From a virus, in IMG/VR virus record IMGVR_UViG_3300037258_000514, positions 64,001-128,000 of that record: DNA of 64,000 bases, one strand, 5' to 3'. Numbering within the stretch: the first letter of the stretch is position 1; each line of letters opens with the position of its first letter. Under the pieces are notes generated by a model. The model searched no databases. It saw only the letters and a list, made by a program, of their open reading frames with translations, and was not told the origin of the DNA. Positions 1-10,008 of the stretch are shown here, in pieces. The translations under genes and the position numbers were made by a program.

Positions 1-1005
1 CTTTAGTTTCGGATGGGTTTCGCAAAAACCTATAGGATCGTAAAGAAAGGGTACAAGTCGCTCATCCCAAAATGCTTTCGGTGCACCTTCAACGTAGAAA
101 TAACTTACAAGAACGTTTTTTATTCCGAGGGCAGCAATTAGCGGTAGATTAAAATAGTAAGCAGAAGGACTAAGAACAAAGTAAACCTTACATGGTCCAT
201 CCCGTTCAGTTCCGCCATCAGGAGAACGTTTATTTACTACAAGTGAAACTGGTTTCTTAAATCGTGTTACTGTTCTCGTTTTCTCCTGCAATTTAAGCAA
301 ATCGCTTGCTACAAGATAACTACGAATCATTGCAGTTTCACTTGGCGTAGCCGCAACATTCATTGCAATTGTTGGATCAAGTCCCAGCGATCGAAACTCC
401 TCTTCCCAAGACTGACGTTTTGGACCTGTATCGGATGAAGCAATGTAACTTGTATCACGCATCTTTGATGAACGAAATTGAATAGATTTGCCTTGAAGCT
501 TTATTCGAGCAGCACGTCCAGCTTGGATCATCCACGTTGCTGAGTCAGCAGAGTAGAAAGGATAATTTAGAAGACTGTAAGGACTTGTATCGCCGAATGC
601 GTGAAAGTTAGCTATAGGTCGTCCTTTACTATCTGTGCAGTAATGCCAACAAATATCGTAGAAATATCTACCTTCAACAGGTGATACAAGTGACGTTGCA
701 GACAGTCCCACATAAGGGACAGCATCTAACATCTTTTCTAGCCAACTTAGTTTTTCTCTAGCATGGAATACAGGCATAGTAACTACACCTGCATCTCTCA
801 TTTTAAGAAAATTTGTCCAGCCTGCTGCTGCTGCTACATCCGGTCCCTCAGGATTGATAACGTCAAGATTAACGCTATGTGTGATATACTTCTCGTTTTT
901 TAGCAAGAAAGCAATATAAGCGTCTAGATCCACAGCTTTACCTTGTGTCCATGCGCTATAAGCGCCGCTATCAACTACGAGTTCGATTGCGAGTTTTTCA
1001 GGCAT
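1..1005 (-). CDS. dpdA: DpdA-like DNA 7-deazaguanine transglycosylase (TGT fold); 3' end runs off the window
   Basis: Manual translation from ATG at 1005: MPEKLAIELVVDSGAYSAWTQGK...NLDVI...MPVFH...FHAFG...PFYSADSATW; these are TGT/DpdA motifs, and folE and queC lie nearby. Not in the ORF track because there is no stop in the window. Confidence 0.75.
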   Translation of the reverse strand, partial: MPEKLAIELVVDSGAYSAWTQGKAVDLDAYIAFLLKNEKYITHSVNLDVINPEGPDVAAAAGWTNFLKMRDAGVVTMPVFHAREKLSWLEKMLDAVPYVGLSATSLVSPVEGRYFYDICWHYCTDSKGRPIANFHAFGDTSPYSLLNYPFYSADSATWMIQAGRAARIKLQGKSIQFRSSKMRDTSYIASSDTGPKRQSWEEEFRSLGLDPTIAMNVAATPSETAMIRSYLVASDLLKLQEKTRTVTRFKKPVSLVVNKRSPDGGTERDGPCKVYFVLSPSAYYFNLPLIAALGIKNVLVSYFYVEGAPKAFWDERLVPFLYDPIGFCETHPKLK

Positions 1006-1030
1006 GATGGGCAGAGTTTTTCCTTGCTTC

Positions 1031-1648
1031 CTACATCTCTACTAAACTGTCTTGGGCAACGCGCACAAGAAACGATCTGAACAACATTGCTGCAAGATTT
1101 GTTTGTGTAATGGGGCCAGTAAAATCAAGCCATGCAACATCGTAAAACGGACACAAAGAATTGTTAATGTATTTTTCAACAGATGTAGCAATGAATTTAT
1201 TGATTAAAGCAGTACTTACTGATCTGTTGTCGATGATTTTGATACCCTGCGCATCAGTAGGGATTCTGTCAAAAGCTCCTCTAAAAATTGCTTCATCCCT
1301 TTCGACGCAGTCAATAATAGTATCCGCTTTATCGGGAAGTTTCCCTTTAAACGATGAGCTATCGAGTAATCCTCTTTCCTGGAGAATAGTCTTTTCAAAG
1401 TACCATCCCATCCCCGGCATTGTTAACATACGAAGTTCTCCGGGCCATTTGCGCGATGTATATAAATTACTTAATCTCTTTCTACAAGATTCTTTTCTGG
1501 GTCGATGTTTACCAATCGTCTTTCTGGCATAGGCAATCCCAGGACCTTTACGTTTCTTCATAAAAACATCTGCAGCTATTTCTTCGATTGAAGCTGATGC
1601 TGGAGTATGATAAGTGTACCCGCGATTGGTTTTAATAATGAGTGTCAT
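1031..1648 (-). CDS. hypothetical protein, possibly SAM-methyltransferase-like
   Basis: 205-aa ORF; weak MTase-like segments (LTMPGMGW, IDCVERD, YDVAWLDFTG). Confidence 0.35.
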   Translation of the reverse strand: MTLIIKTNRGYTYHTPASASIEEIAADVFMKKRKGPGIAYARKTIGKHRPRKESCRKRLSNLYTSRKWPGELRMLTMPGMGWYFEKTILQERGLLDSSSFKGKLPDKADTIIDCVERDEAIFRGAFDRIPTDAQGIKIIDNRSVSTALINKFIATSVEKYINNSLCPFYDVAWLDFTGPITQTNLAAMLFRSFLVRVAQDSLVEM

Positions 1649-1822
1649 GTCAGTTTAGTAAAAGAAGTGTAATTGTTACTAAGATAAAGATTGCAGTGAC
1701 ATCAAGGAAATAATTAGAACTTCGTTTTATTTCGCCTCGCTCTACAAGTACCAATCCAATAAGGAGAGAAAGACAGTATAACCCAAACGTGCAAGAAGTT
1801 GAATAGATTATACTGTCTGTTG

Positions 1823-2119
1823 TCATTTGTATGTTACTCCAAATACTGACACAATTGAAGCAATTGACCCTGAATGATCGACGATTGGCAGAATAACTTG
1901 CATTGCTTTTACGAACTTGTTATGCTGCTTGGGAGGGTTTGGAATTGTTACGTATTTTAACTTCTCCAGAATCTGCTTGTTCTGTTCAATAATTATCTGA
2001 TTTTGTGAGATGATAACAGCACTCATTTGCTGTTGAGTTAATTCCGGTTGTGCTGATTGTATCTGTTGTTGTCCGGGAAAGCTTAAACATAACAGCAATG
2101 CTACAGTAGCTAAAGTCAT
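1823..2119 (-). CDS. hypothetical secreted/membrane protein
   Basis: N-terminal hydrophobic signal-like segment; overlaps the upstream gene's stop. Confidence 0.5.
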   Translation of the reverse strand: MTLATVALLLCLSFPGQQQIQSAQPELTQQQMSAVIISQNQIIIEQNKQILEKLKYVTIPNPPKQHNKFVKAMQVILPIVDHSGSIASIVSVFGVTYK

Positions 2120-2643
2120 TTGTAATACTCGCCGGCTGCGTTTAGCTTAAAGGGACTCACAATTACTCGAGGTTCAACATACACAGGCTTGAGATCCGTT
2201 TTTGTTCCGCAGATTACCCATGTTCCTTCTGCTGTTGAAGGCATAAATAAAGCATTCGGTTCCGGCTGATCTTGCATTGATGAACTACTAAAGTTAGGAT
2301 GTAAGGGTCTGTGTGGATTTGTAAATTGAACTCCGTAGGGAAGACCGTAGCCAATAGAATCACATAGATGCCAAAGTCTACCATTTAGATCAGGAATATA
2401 TGTAAATGTTGCAATCTCCTGATCCCGGAGTTCGTAAAGTTTTCTTACAATCTTTCTCTCTGTAAAGTTTGTAATACCAGGCATACCAACTTGACGCTGC
2501 GCCTCGTTTGCTAAGGTTTCTTGCATATCATCTTGTTTTTTATCAGCATTAGTTCTTGTATCGCCGGAGCAATCGTCATCTGCCATAAATACAAGAGCGA
2601 TGAAGATTGTTGCCAATACAAGCGTAACTTTTCTAACGTTCAT
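2116..2643 (-). CDS. hypothetical membrane-anchored phage protein
   Basis: N-terminal TM; CDSIGYGLPYGVQFTNP and QPEPNALF motifs; coupled to 2640..3020. Confidence 0.6.
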   Translation of the reverse strand: MNVRKVTLVLATIFIALVFMADDDCSGDTRTNADKKQDDMQETLANEAQRQVGMPGITNFTERKIVRKLYELRDQEIATFTYIPDLNGRLWHLCDSIGYGLPYGVQFTNPHRPLHPNFSSSSMQDQPEPNALFMPSTAEGTWVICGTKTDLKPVYVEPRVIVSPFKLNAAGEYYK

Positions 2644-3020
2644 AGTTGTGATCCTTTTAGGGACTGAACAAACATCTGAAGATCGGGAGGAAACTTTGAG
2701 TTATCGACAGTTGAAGCTTCGTCGATAATTAACTGTTTTAAAGCAGTTTTCTGTGGACCTTCTTCGGCAGTAGTGTATTGTGCTCTGAGTCGTGAAATGT
2801 ATGTAATCTTACCTTCTACGTAGCTTTGCGTGTTTTCAAAAACTTGACGCTTTGCATTCTCTTGCTTTGGCGCCCAGAACTTGTAAATAGCTAAGTCGCC
2901 TCCTGTCATCAGGAACCCGAGAACGTACATCAAAAACAAAAACGCAACTACAGCCAAGAAAATCTTTGGCATACTCCACCACGTGTTTCGTTGGACTTCA
3001 TTAAAGTTATCACGATACAT
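2640..3020 (-). CDS. hypothetical membrane protein
   Basis: TM segment, RQVFENTQSYVEG motif, AGGAG RBS. Confidence 0.6.
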   Translation of the reverse strand: MYRDNFNEVQRNTWWSMPKIFLAVVAFLFLMYVLGFLMTGGDLAIYKFWAPKQENAKRQVFENTQSYVEGKITYISRLRAQYTTAEEGPQKTALKQLIIDEASTVDNSKFPPDLQMFVQSLKGSQL

Positions 3021-3055
3021 CGTTATGCTCCTTTTACTTGTTTCAGAATTTTTGG

Positions 3056-3562
3056 TTAGGCGTTTCCAGGACTTTTCTTTGCAGCGTCGCGAAGTTTTTG
3101 AACTATAGTTTTCTTCTTTACACTTTTTGTTACTGATACATCAAGGGGAGGCCAGCCTTCTGGATTACTAGGAACATACATCTCCTGAGCAATAATACAA
3201 CTTTCCTTATCTTGCTTTCCAATATATGTTACGTTCCTGTAGTAAACACGTCTAATGTCAGCTAACTTTCTGACTTGTTCGTAATCATCGTAGACATGAA
3301 AACCTGTCATATATTTTGTTCCATCAGATGCTGATATTTCTATTTCTTCTGCTTTAAGCCAAACATTAAAAGAAACCCCGCTCGATCCTGTTAGAGAGGA
3401 GCTTCTAAATTTTAAGTTGGTTTCACTACCATAAAACAGTTTCCATCCATCCATAACCAGAGTTGTCGGAGTCACTTTTCTTGCAGTTGCGAGACACATT
3501 ACTTTCTCCTTAGAAAGGCCACCTGTTAGCTTTGAGTAAGAAGTTTGCTTCATCTGTTTCAA
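3056..3562 (-). CDS. hypothetical protein
   Basis: ORF in operon; true start is probably internal (MCLAT, after AAGGAG). Confidence 0.55.
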   Translation of the reverse strand: MKQMKQTSYSKLTGGLSKEKVMCLATARKVTPTTLVMDGWKLFYGSETNLKFRSSSLTGSSGVSFNVWLKAEEIEISASDGTKYMTGFHVYDDYEQVRKLADIRRVYYRNVTYIGKQDKESCIIAQEMYVPSNPEGWPPLDVSVTKSVKKKTIVQKLRDAAKKSPGNA

Positions 3563-4121
3563 GCATTAACTTCTGTGCAAGCATGTTGTCAGCTTCAGGA
3601 ACGGCAATAGTTGGGTGGATACAGTAGTAGCATTCTGTCTTTCCGTCTTTTGCTATTTTCTCAATATTTTTGCTCCAGCCTTTCTTAATACGATAATTTG
3701 CTGTGTCTGTATTAATCTCAATGTACCCAACCTTTAAATATTGTTCACGTTGAGCATCAGATAGACACATTAGAAGAAGTTCTTCCGCTTTTACTTCAGC
3801 AGCAGCAGCACGTTTTGTAGCAAGCGCGGCTTCCTGTACTTCACGTACAGCTTTTTCCTCAGGCGTCTCGTTTGCAGCGGCTGTAACAACGTATGCCCAC
3901 GATCCATTAATCGTATTTGGATTGTAATTGTAGTAAATGTTTGCAGCTGTTGTACTTGATCCGTAAATATCAGTATCTACACCCCAGTTTGAGATTGGAT
4001 TCATGTACATAGGAGTTACACTACTTGGATACGTAATCTGCGTTGTAGTAGCTGCATTTGAATATGCGTACGATTGATTTCCATATTGGTAGTACTGATC
4101 TCCGCAGGGCATAGAGGGCAT
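3510..4121 (-). CDS. hypothetical protein
   Basis: 203-aa ORF, tightly packed. Confidence 0.6.
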   Translation of the reverse strand: MPSMPCGDQYYQYGNQSYAYSNAATTTQITYPSSVTPMYMNPISNWGVDTDIYGSSTTAANIYYNYNPNTINGSWAYVVTAAANETPEEKAVREVQEAALATKRAAAAEVKAEELLLMCLSDAQREQYLKVGYIEINTDTANYRIKKGWSKNIEKIAKDGKTECYYCIHPTIAVPEADNMLAQKLMLETDEANFLLKANRWPF

Positions 4122-4122
4122 A

Positions 4123-4377
4123 CTAACCTCCTACCATTTGAGGTTGCATGATGATTCGCTCTGCTGAAGCATCAAACTTATCAATTACAGATCCGCGTTG
4201 ACCTTTGCCGTCTGTTTTATAGGCTAGATAACCCCTTGCTTTAAACTCAGCAAAGACTTTTGCTGCTTCTGTAACTTCAGTATCGTCGTTTGAATTCCAC
4301 ATAATTCGCTTGTCACCTTCTTCGTTCAGGCAGCAAAGCATTCCACCACTTTTACTTACTTCAAGTGTGCTCTCCAT
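4123..4377 (-). CDS. hypothetical protein
   Basis: ORF in operon. Confidence 0.6.
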   Translation of the reverse strand: MESTLEVSKSGGMLCCLNEEGDKRIMWNSNDDTEVTEAAKVFAEFKARGYLAYKTDGKGQRGSVIDKFDASAERIIMQPQMVGG

Positions 4378-4595
4378 TACTTTATCTCCTCGCGAATGAT
4401 TTCTACTTCGAGTTTAAATACGTCAGCGTTTGCTTCAAATTCATTCGGAACAGGCGCGTCTGTCCTAACAAAAACTTTTTCACCTATGCTTGAAGTTGTT
4501 GATACACGATCCCAATACTCCTGTCCAGCAGTTGTAAAGAGTTCGCCCGGTTTAAGATCTTTACCTTTACACGTTGTAACTTTATACTTGAGCAT
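4377..4595 (-). CDS. hypothetical protein
   Basis: ORF in operon. Confidence 0.55.
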   Translation of the reverse strand: MLKYKVTTCKGKDLKPGELFTTAGQEYWDRVSTTSSIGEKVFVRTDAPVPNEFEANADVFKLEVEIIREEIK

Positions 4596-4792
4596 CTAAA
4601 CCTTGTTTAAATCCTTGTTGGAAGGCATCGTTTAGTTGCTCTGCCAGTTCTTCTGCAGCGACTAATCCTTCTTCCCCTTCGTATAAAACACTTAATGCTA
4701 TTCCATTAAGCCCCACGATTGCCCAAGTTTGTCCTTCACTACACTTTGAACATGCAGGACGTTCTTCTTCAACATGATAAGGATCTTCCATT

Positions 4793-5425
4793 CTATCTCC
4801 CGACAAGTCGTAAAAATTCGTCTCTAACTTCAGGCTTTGTTAACATCTCACCGCGCAGTGCAGATGTGGTAGCTTCCGTTTCTGATTGATTAACACCGCG
4901 ACTCATCATGCAAGAATGGCGCGCTTTTACCACTACGCCAATACCAATAGGGTGACAGTACTCTTGAATAAAATCGGCAATGTTATTCGTTAAGCGTTCT
5001 TGAACTTGAAGTTTTTTACTAAACATATTTACAACACGAACAAGTTTAGAAAGACCCAAGATTTTGCGTTCAGGAATGTAAGCAATACTTACATTTCCCG
5101 AGAACTCGGCAAGGTGATGTTCGCAATGACTAGTAAACCTAATCTTTTGTACCGCAATCATCTGGTTATAGTTCTCAGCACCGTCATCAAACTGTCCATT
5201 GATAATGGATTGCATTTGCTCAGCTACGTATGTTGTACTGTATCCAGCCCCCCATTCTTTGCGCCAAGCGTTTAAAACACGCTCAGGTGTTTTTATCAAC
5301 CCCGGACGATCAGGATCATCACCAATGTAGCGAATAAGCGTGCGAATTGCCGCGATAACTTCCTGATGACTAGGCGGAGGGGCCGGCCACGATTGGTTCT
5401 CCGGTTTTTTCATACCAGAATCCAA
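4793..5425 (-). CDS. folE: GTP cyclohydrolase I
   Basis: TPERV, SHCEHHL, GLSKLVR, LQVQERLT, HSCMMSRGV motifs. Confidence 0.95.
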   Translation of the reverse strand: MDSGMKKPENQSWPAPPPSHQEVIAAIRTLIRYIGDDPDRPGLIKTPERVLNAWRKEWGAGYSTTYVAEQMQSIINGQFDDGAENYNQMIAVQKIRFTSHCEHHLAEFSGNVSIAYIPERKILGLSKLVRVVNMFSKKLQVQERLTNNIADFIQEYCHPIGIGVVVKARHSCMMSRGVNQSETEATTSALRGEMLTKPEVRDEFLRLVGR

Positions 5426-6026
5426 GCTCCTTTACTACGGCAATAGTACGCCTGATATCACCAGCATTAACAGCAACAATATCTAGCTTTGTATCGGGAA
5501 AACCATTCTCAACCAAACTTTGATGAATTTGTTTTGTAGTCCAATCGGGGTGAAGAATAACAGCTTTCCTGATTGCATTGAGAATACCACTGTTCTTACT
5601 TCTTTTTTCTGCCGTACCTTTTAACTCGCCTATCTGTTCTACTTTTTTAACCGGCGGAAGTGCCGTGTCTGTTTTAGTTTTTGGTGTGTTTGCTTGGTTT
5701 GGTTTCGATGATTGAATTCTGCCTGACGCGCTCGAATTAACTGTAAGGCCAGCAGTAGCCACATCAGCAGCATCACTAGGTGCATTTCCATGTATACTCA
5801 CAAAGCCTTCAGGTAAAGGCAGTAGTTGTGATCCGTTAATTGAACGAACACATAGATTATACCAATCACTAGCGGCTGTAGAAAGAGCTTTCCATTGCTC
5901 AAGTGGGCACTTAGATATACACGTAGCCAGTGATAGAATATAAGCTTGATCTCCCTGAAATGGCGTTTGATCTGTACCACCATTTCCATTCTTAGTAGTA
6001 GCTAAAATTTCTTCGAATACTGTCAT
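5370..6026 (-). CDS. hypothetical protein
   Basis: 218-aa ORF between queC and folE. Confidence 0.55.
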   Translation of the reverse strand: MTVFEEILATTKNGNGGTDQTPFQGDQAYILSLATCISKCPLEQWKALSTAASDWYNLCVRSINGSQLLPLPEGFVSIHGNAPSDAADVATAGLTVNSSASGRIQSSKPNQANTPKTKTDTALPPVKKVEQIGELKGTAEKRSKNSGILNAIRKAVILHPDWTTKQIHQSLVENGFPDTKLDIVAVNAGDIRRTIAVVKELGFWYEKTGEPIVAGPSA

Positions 6027-6736
6027 TTTGTTACCGTTTCCCCTTTCTTATAAAGCTTTCTTGAATCGTAGGAAAGAGGATCAGCTGCGTTGTTTTGATT
6101 AAAGGCCCACAATCGTTCTTGACATGAGCCACACACACCACAAGCTATATCTCCTCCTTTGTAACAAGTCCATGTTTTTTCGTAAGGAACATTCATCTTC
6201 AAGCCACGTTTAAGAATTTCAGCCTTGTCGATGTTAATAAAAGGGGCAACCACAGCGTGAGGCAACTCTCCGTGAGTTCCAAATCTAAAAGCATCGGATA
6301 GCGCTTCAACGAACTCTATTCTACAATCTTCATAGATAAAGTGATCGCCTGCGTGCGCTCCATAGTAAACAAAGTCAGCTTGATCTGCAATTGCTGCTGC
6401 CCATGCAATTGAAAGCATCATTGCATTGCGATTAGGTACAACGGTTAATCGCATGTTTTCCTCTGCATAGAAACCTTCAGGCATTGCAACGTTATCTGTA
6501 TCTGTTAATGATGAACCCTTTAATAGGGGAGCAACACTCTTTAAATCAATTACATCATGTTGTCCTCCAACAAGGCGCGCAATCTCAGCAGCACAAATAA
6601 GTTCACGAACGTGTTTTTGTCCGTAGTTAAAACTTATAAAGTGTTGCGTAACTCCTTCCTTATAGTCAGAGGATTGGATTGCATAAGCAAGAGTCGCTGA
6701 GTCCATGCCACCGCTTAAAATTGTCACTGCGCGCAA
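6023..6736 (-). CDS. queC: 7-cyano-7-deazaguanine synthase
   Basis: SGGMDS PP-loop, YGQKH, VPNRN, TWTCY...CGVCGSC. Confidence 0.95.
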   Translation of the reverse strand: MRAVTILSGGMDSATLAYAIQSSDYKEGVTQHFISFNYGQKHVRELICAAEIARLVGGQHDVIDLKSVAPLLKGSSLTDTDNVAMPEGFYAEENMRLTVVPNRNAMMLSIAWAAAIADQADFVYYGAHAGDHFIYEDCRIEFVEALSDAFRFGTHGELPHAVVAPFINIDKAEILKRGLKMNVPYEKTWTCYKGGDIACGVCGSCQERLWAFNQNNAADPLSYDSRKLYKKGETVTK

Positions 6737-6779
6737 TGTACACGCTCCTTTAGAGCTTTTCTTTCAGCCCATATTCTTA

Positions 6780-7367
6780 TCATATTTTCAGACCTCTTCT
6801 TTCGCCACTCGAATAAAATTTTATTTGTTCTACGGGGATCTTGCGAAGTTCTTCGACAAGAGAATCCAAACTAACTGGTTTGTAATTTGTGTTTTCAACT
6901 CCTACGTATTTTGATCTTCCAAAACCTTGATACTTGTTGTGGACATGTCCGAAAAGATGGATGCTCCCCTTGGTAGCATCGTACCATGTTCTCAGTTGAT
7001 AGTGCATCAGCACAACAAGATGTTTGTTGTAGATAATTTCACGATACATTGCTGTTGATGCGAAAGGAAGACTTGCGACTCTTTCTTTTAACCCTCCACC
7101 AGCTTTTACATCGTGATTACCAGGAATGAAATGAATCGTTCCGTTTAGTCTATCAAAAATACTTCTGATGTACTCCGGCGTAGCTTTATCTCCGCAGGAA
7201 AAATCGCCTAAGTGGTAAACTATATCTTCTTTCTTAACAGTTTCGTTCCAATTCTTTACAATTAGCTCATCAACTTCTTCAGAAGTTTTCAAAGCATAAC
7301 AATCTCGAAAACCTCTGTCGATCAATGTCTGATGAGCAAAATGCGTGTCGCTAGTTATGTATATCAT
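6780..7367 (-). CDS. calcineurin-like metallophosphoesterase
   Basis: SDTHF, HLGDF, GNHD, GHVH motifs. Confidence 0.9.
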   Translation of the reverse strand: MIYITSDTHFAHQTLIDRGFRDCYALKTSEEVDELIVKNWNETVKKEDIVYHLGDFSCGDKATPEYIRSIFDRLNGTIHFIPGNHDVKAGGGLKERVASLPFASTAMYREIIYNKHLVVLMHYQLRTWYDATKGSIHLFGHVHNKYQGFGRSKYVGVENTNYKPVSLDSLVEELRKIPVEQIKFYSSGERRGLKI

Positions 7368-7539
7368 TCTAAATCTTTCTTCATAAACTCATCTAAAGTT
7401 GCATTCTCTTCATCTGATAATCCTGCACTTCTTGCGTGGCCCATCGCATTTCTATAGAAGGCTTTTATTAGAAGTTGTAACAGCTCTTCTATGTTTCTTA
7501 CGCGAATGAGAATCTCTGACTCTTGATCAAGCATAAGAT

Positions 7540-7659
7540 TGGTTGGCACGGTAGGAATCGAACCTACATCATCCCACTAGAAGTATTGGTGGGCGCGCTT
7601 GCCATCCAAGCAAGATCTCCTCCGGAAAGAGCAGAGGCCTCTGGTTGAGTTACGCGTCC
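7540..7659 (-). ncRNA. composite RNA of two overlapping tRNA-like domains
   Basis: 7659-7587 folds as a cloverleaf ending ACCA (degenerate T loop, CTT in the loop); 7604-7540 folds as a D-armless tRNA with GTAGG-TTCGATT-CCTAC and ACCA. Confidence 0.6.
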
Positions 7660-7714
7660 TCTATTTTGTGCACGTGTGTCATTATATTATACCGGTAATT
7701 TTATCTTACCAGTC

Positions 7715-8074
7715 TCATCGAATCGGCATAAGAGTCTTTGCAGGTGGAAGTGGAATAGAAATATGTTTCGGTCTCCACATGTGCAAACAAAATTGATGAA
7801 AGTTTATCCACTGAGACTTTGGAGGATGAAGTTGCATAACAGTTTCCTCTTCACTCCAAAACAATCCTTTAACGTAACACATCTCTTCCCAGTTAGGACA
7901 ACGATTCTGTAGTGAAACTGAAACGTGCTCCCAATCAATTTCATCATCACCATTACTAGCTATGATTCTAAGATCACGTCCACACGGTCCCGGAATAAGA
8001 AACATTCCAAAATCATCGCCACGATGCGAACTCATCGGACCGTTTATAATACGAAATTGCTCAGGAAATTTCAT
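7715..8074 (-). CDS. conserved phage hypothetical protein
   Basis: WEHVSVS..RCPNWEEMC.VK.LFW...QLHP....IN.H..CLH.W motif pattern. Confidence 0.7.
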   Translation of the reverse strand: MKFPEQFRIINGPMSSHRGDDFGMFLIPGPCGRDLRIIASNGDDEIDWEHVSVSLQNRCPNWEEMCYVKGLFWSEEETVMQLHPPKSQWINFHQFCLHMWRPKHISIPLPPAKTLMPIR

Positions 8075-9012
8075 TTTCTCACCAGAGAGTACATCGGAGT
8101 AGACATTAGAGGGGAGAATTTTAACTTGTTGATCTTTACTTTTCCTGTTCCTCCGCTGTCGTTAATATACTTAATACCTTTCCGCCACATCTCACCCATT
8201 AAGTAAGTAAAAGCAAAGTCTCCCATTCCTTTGTAATTGATATTCGCTTTACATGTTACATCTATGCCCCAAGCCGGATCTTTTGAAGATCTACATCCAA
8301 AACTACACGCTACGGGTTTGTCTTCGACGTAATGAATAAATCCCATTGTATTTGTATAGTCGAGTCGATCGTACTTTACATACTCTTCGATTAGTCGTAT
8401 ATCACGTCCAACAGTAACACGGAAATATTTCTTTCCCTGATTCTCTTTCCAGTCTTCAAAAACTTTAATTGCGTCTTCGTAATTAATTTTACGAAGAGGA
8501 ACGTTACAGGGACGCATGTCTTCTCTAACATGTTTAAGTGTATTTCTTAGACTAGAGAAGTTTCGCCCTTTTAGTTCAGACAATGCTTGCGCATCTTGAA
8601 TAATGTCATCACTAGTCTTTACCTTCTTCCAACCGCTCACGACGTTAAGAAAATTGTCTGCATACGTTATATCTACGTCGATGATTTCGACAGGAATAGA
8701 AGATATAGGATCAAGGACACGAAGCATCTCCCATATATCATCCAACTCACAGTGCGGCGTAAAAAGATTATATTGAGGCTTTGCTTCGAACTGCTGGACA
8801 ACAGGGATAATTTTGTCTTCCCTGAAGTCTTTGTTGAGATACAATTTCATGCGTCCTTTGTTTAGATAACTAAACGGAAAGATACGGGAATGATTATACA
8901 GGATATTGTCTTGTAATGAGAACAGATGATCGAAAATCTTTACAAAGTCGGGAGTATGTTCAACGCGAACATAATCTTTAAGCCCCGGTGGATGTGTTTT
9001 AAAAAGACTCAT
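8071..9012 (-). CDS. DUF2156 / lysyl-phosphatidylglycerol-synthase C-terminal-like (aminoacyl-tRNA-dependent GNAT) protein
   Basis: LSELKGRNFSSLRNTLKH, KANINYKG, YINDSGG...KLKFSP resemble DUF2156 motifs. Confidence 0.6.
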   Translation of the reverse strand: MSLFKTHPPGLKDYVRVEHTPDFVKIFDHLFSLQDNILYNHSRIFPFSYLNKGRMKLYLNKDFREDKIIPVVQQFEAKPQYNLFTPHCELDDIWEMLRVLDPISSIPVEIIDVDITYADNFLNVVSGWKKVKTSDDIIQDAQALSELKGRNFSSLRNTLKHVREDMRPCNVPLRKINYEDAIKVFEDWKENQGKKYFRVTVGRDIRLIEEYVKYDRLDYTNTMGFIHYVEDKPVACSFGCRSSKDPAWGIDVTCKANINYKGMGDFAFTYLMGEMWRKGIKYINDSGGTGKVKINKLKFSPLMSTPMYSLVRK

Positions 9013-9399
9013 ATTAGTTTTCTGGGTAGTTTAAACTTGTACTCTTCACCTAAGCGTTCTGCAAGAATCTCGCACGCTTTATTTGCTACATCGCGCGCAC
9101 TCCACAAACCGTTTACAGGACATTTCATCTTACGTGCTTCTACTTCGATCCAGTTGCGGATATTAATACTAACAGCAGTCTTGTGTTCTTTCTTATACTG
9201 TCTTGCCATAAATTCAAATTCGTCAGCAAGCTGTTTGGCAAGTTCGTAACTCATAACATTTCTCTTAGTTTTTGTAAAATAGTTAGTGGTTCAGTACATT
9301 TTAATAAATGTACTTTATAAAAATCCACCGATCTTGTATCGTACATTACCGGGAACTCGTGCCAGAATTCAGTTCCTACTGGTCTAAGCTGATCTACGT

Positions 9400-10008
9400 T
9401 CATGATAGTAAGTCTGTAAGCTCCCTCTGTAAGCTAACTGATCTTTCGGGACTAATCCCTGCGTAAGCCAATACACGGTTCCAAAACTGCTTAGGAGAAT
9501 AACTCGACGCTTCTTTTCTTAGTGTTTCCATAATCTCGTTAGGAGCATTTAGAAAAATATCTATAACTTGCTTTAGTTCAGAAGAACCTTCGTTCAGAAG
9601 TACTGTAAGGTTGGCATCTGAAACAATCGGTTGATCTAACATTCTAGGATTTCTCGTCAGCTCCTCTGAAGCTGCATATTCGGAAATAGCGCGCTGTTCT
9701 CCGGGAGAAGTGAACAAGATTTTTCTGTTGTTAGAATCTTTTACAGATAACGTATGAATCCAACACTTAAAATACTGCTGAAATAAAAACATGAAGTGTG
9801 CAGGAGAGTTAATTGTTGCTCCGTAACGAATACGAATTTCAACATAACATAGGGCAGCTTCACTCATAGCGTCATCTAACCCACCAACAACGTTAGAGAC
9901 TCTCCACAAGTTTCTCACGCAGTACGACTCCGCCCACCTCGCCCAAGGACCCGGCCACGGTTCCAGGATCTCTAATCGTTTCACGTCGCTCAAGTGTAAC
10001 TCCTTCAC
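9400..10008 (-). CDS. hypothetical protein
   Basis: 202-aa ORF. Confidence 0.55.
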   Translation of the reverse strand: MKELHLSDVKRLEILEPWPGPWARWAESYCVRNLWRVSNVVGGLDDAMSEAALCYVEIRIRYGATINSPAHFMFLFQQYFKCWIHTLSVKDSNNRKILFTSPGEQRAISEYAASEELTRNPRMLDQPIVSDANLTVLLNEGSSELKQVIDIFLNAPNEIMETLRKEASSYSPKQFWNRVLAYAGISPERSVSLQRELTDLLS

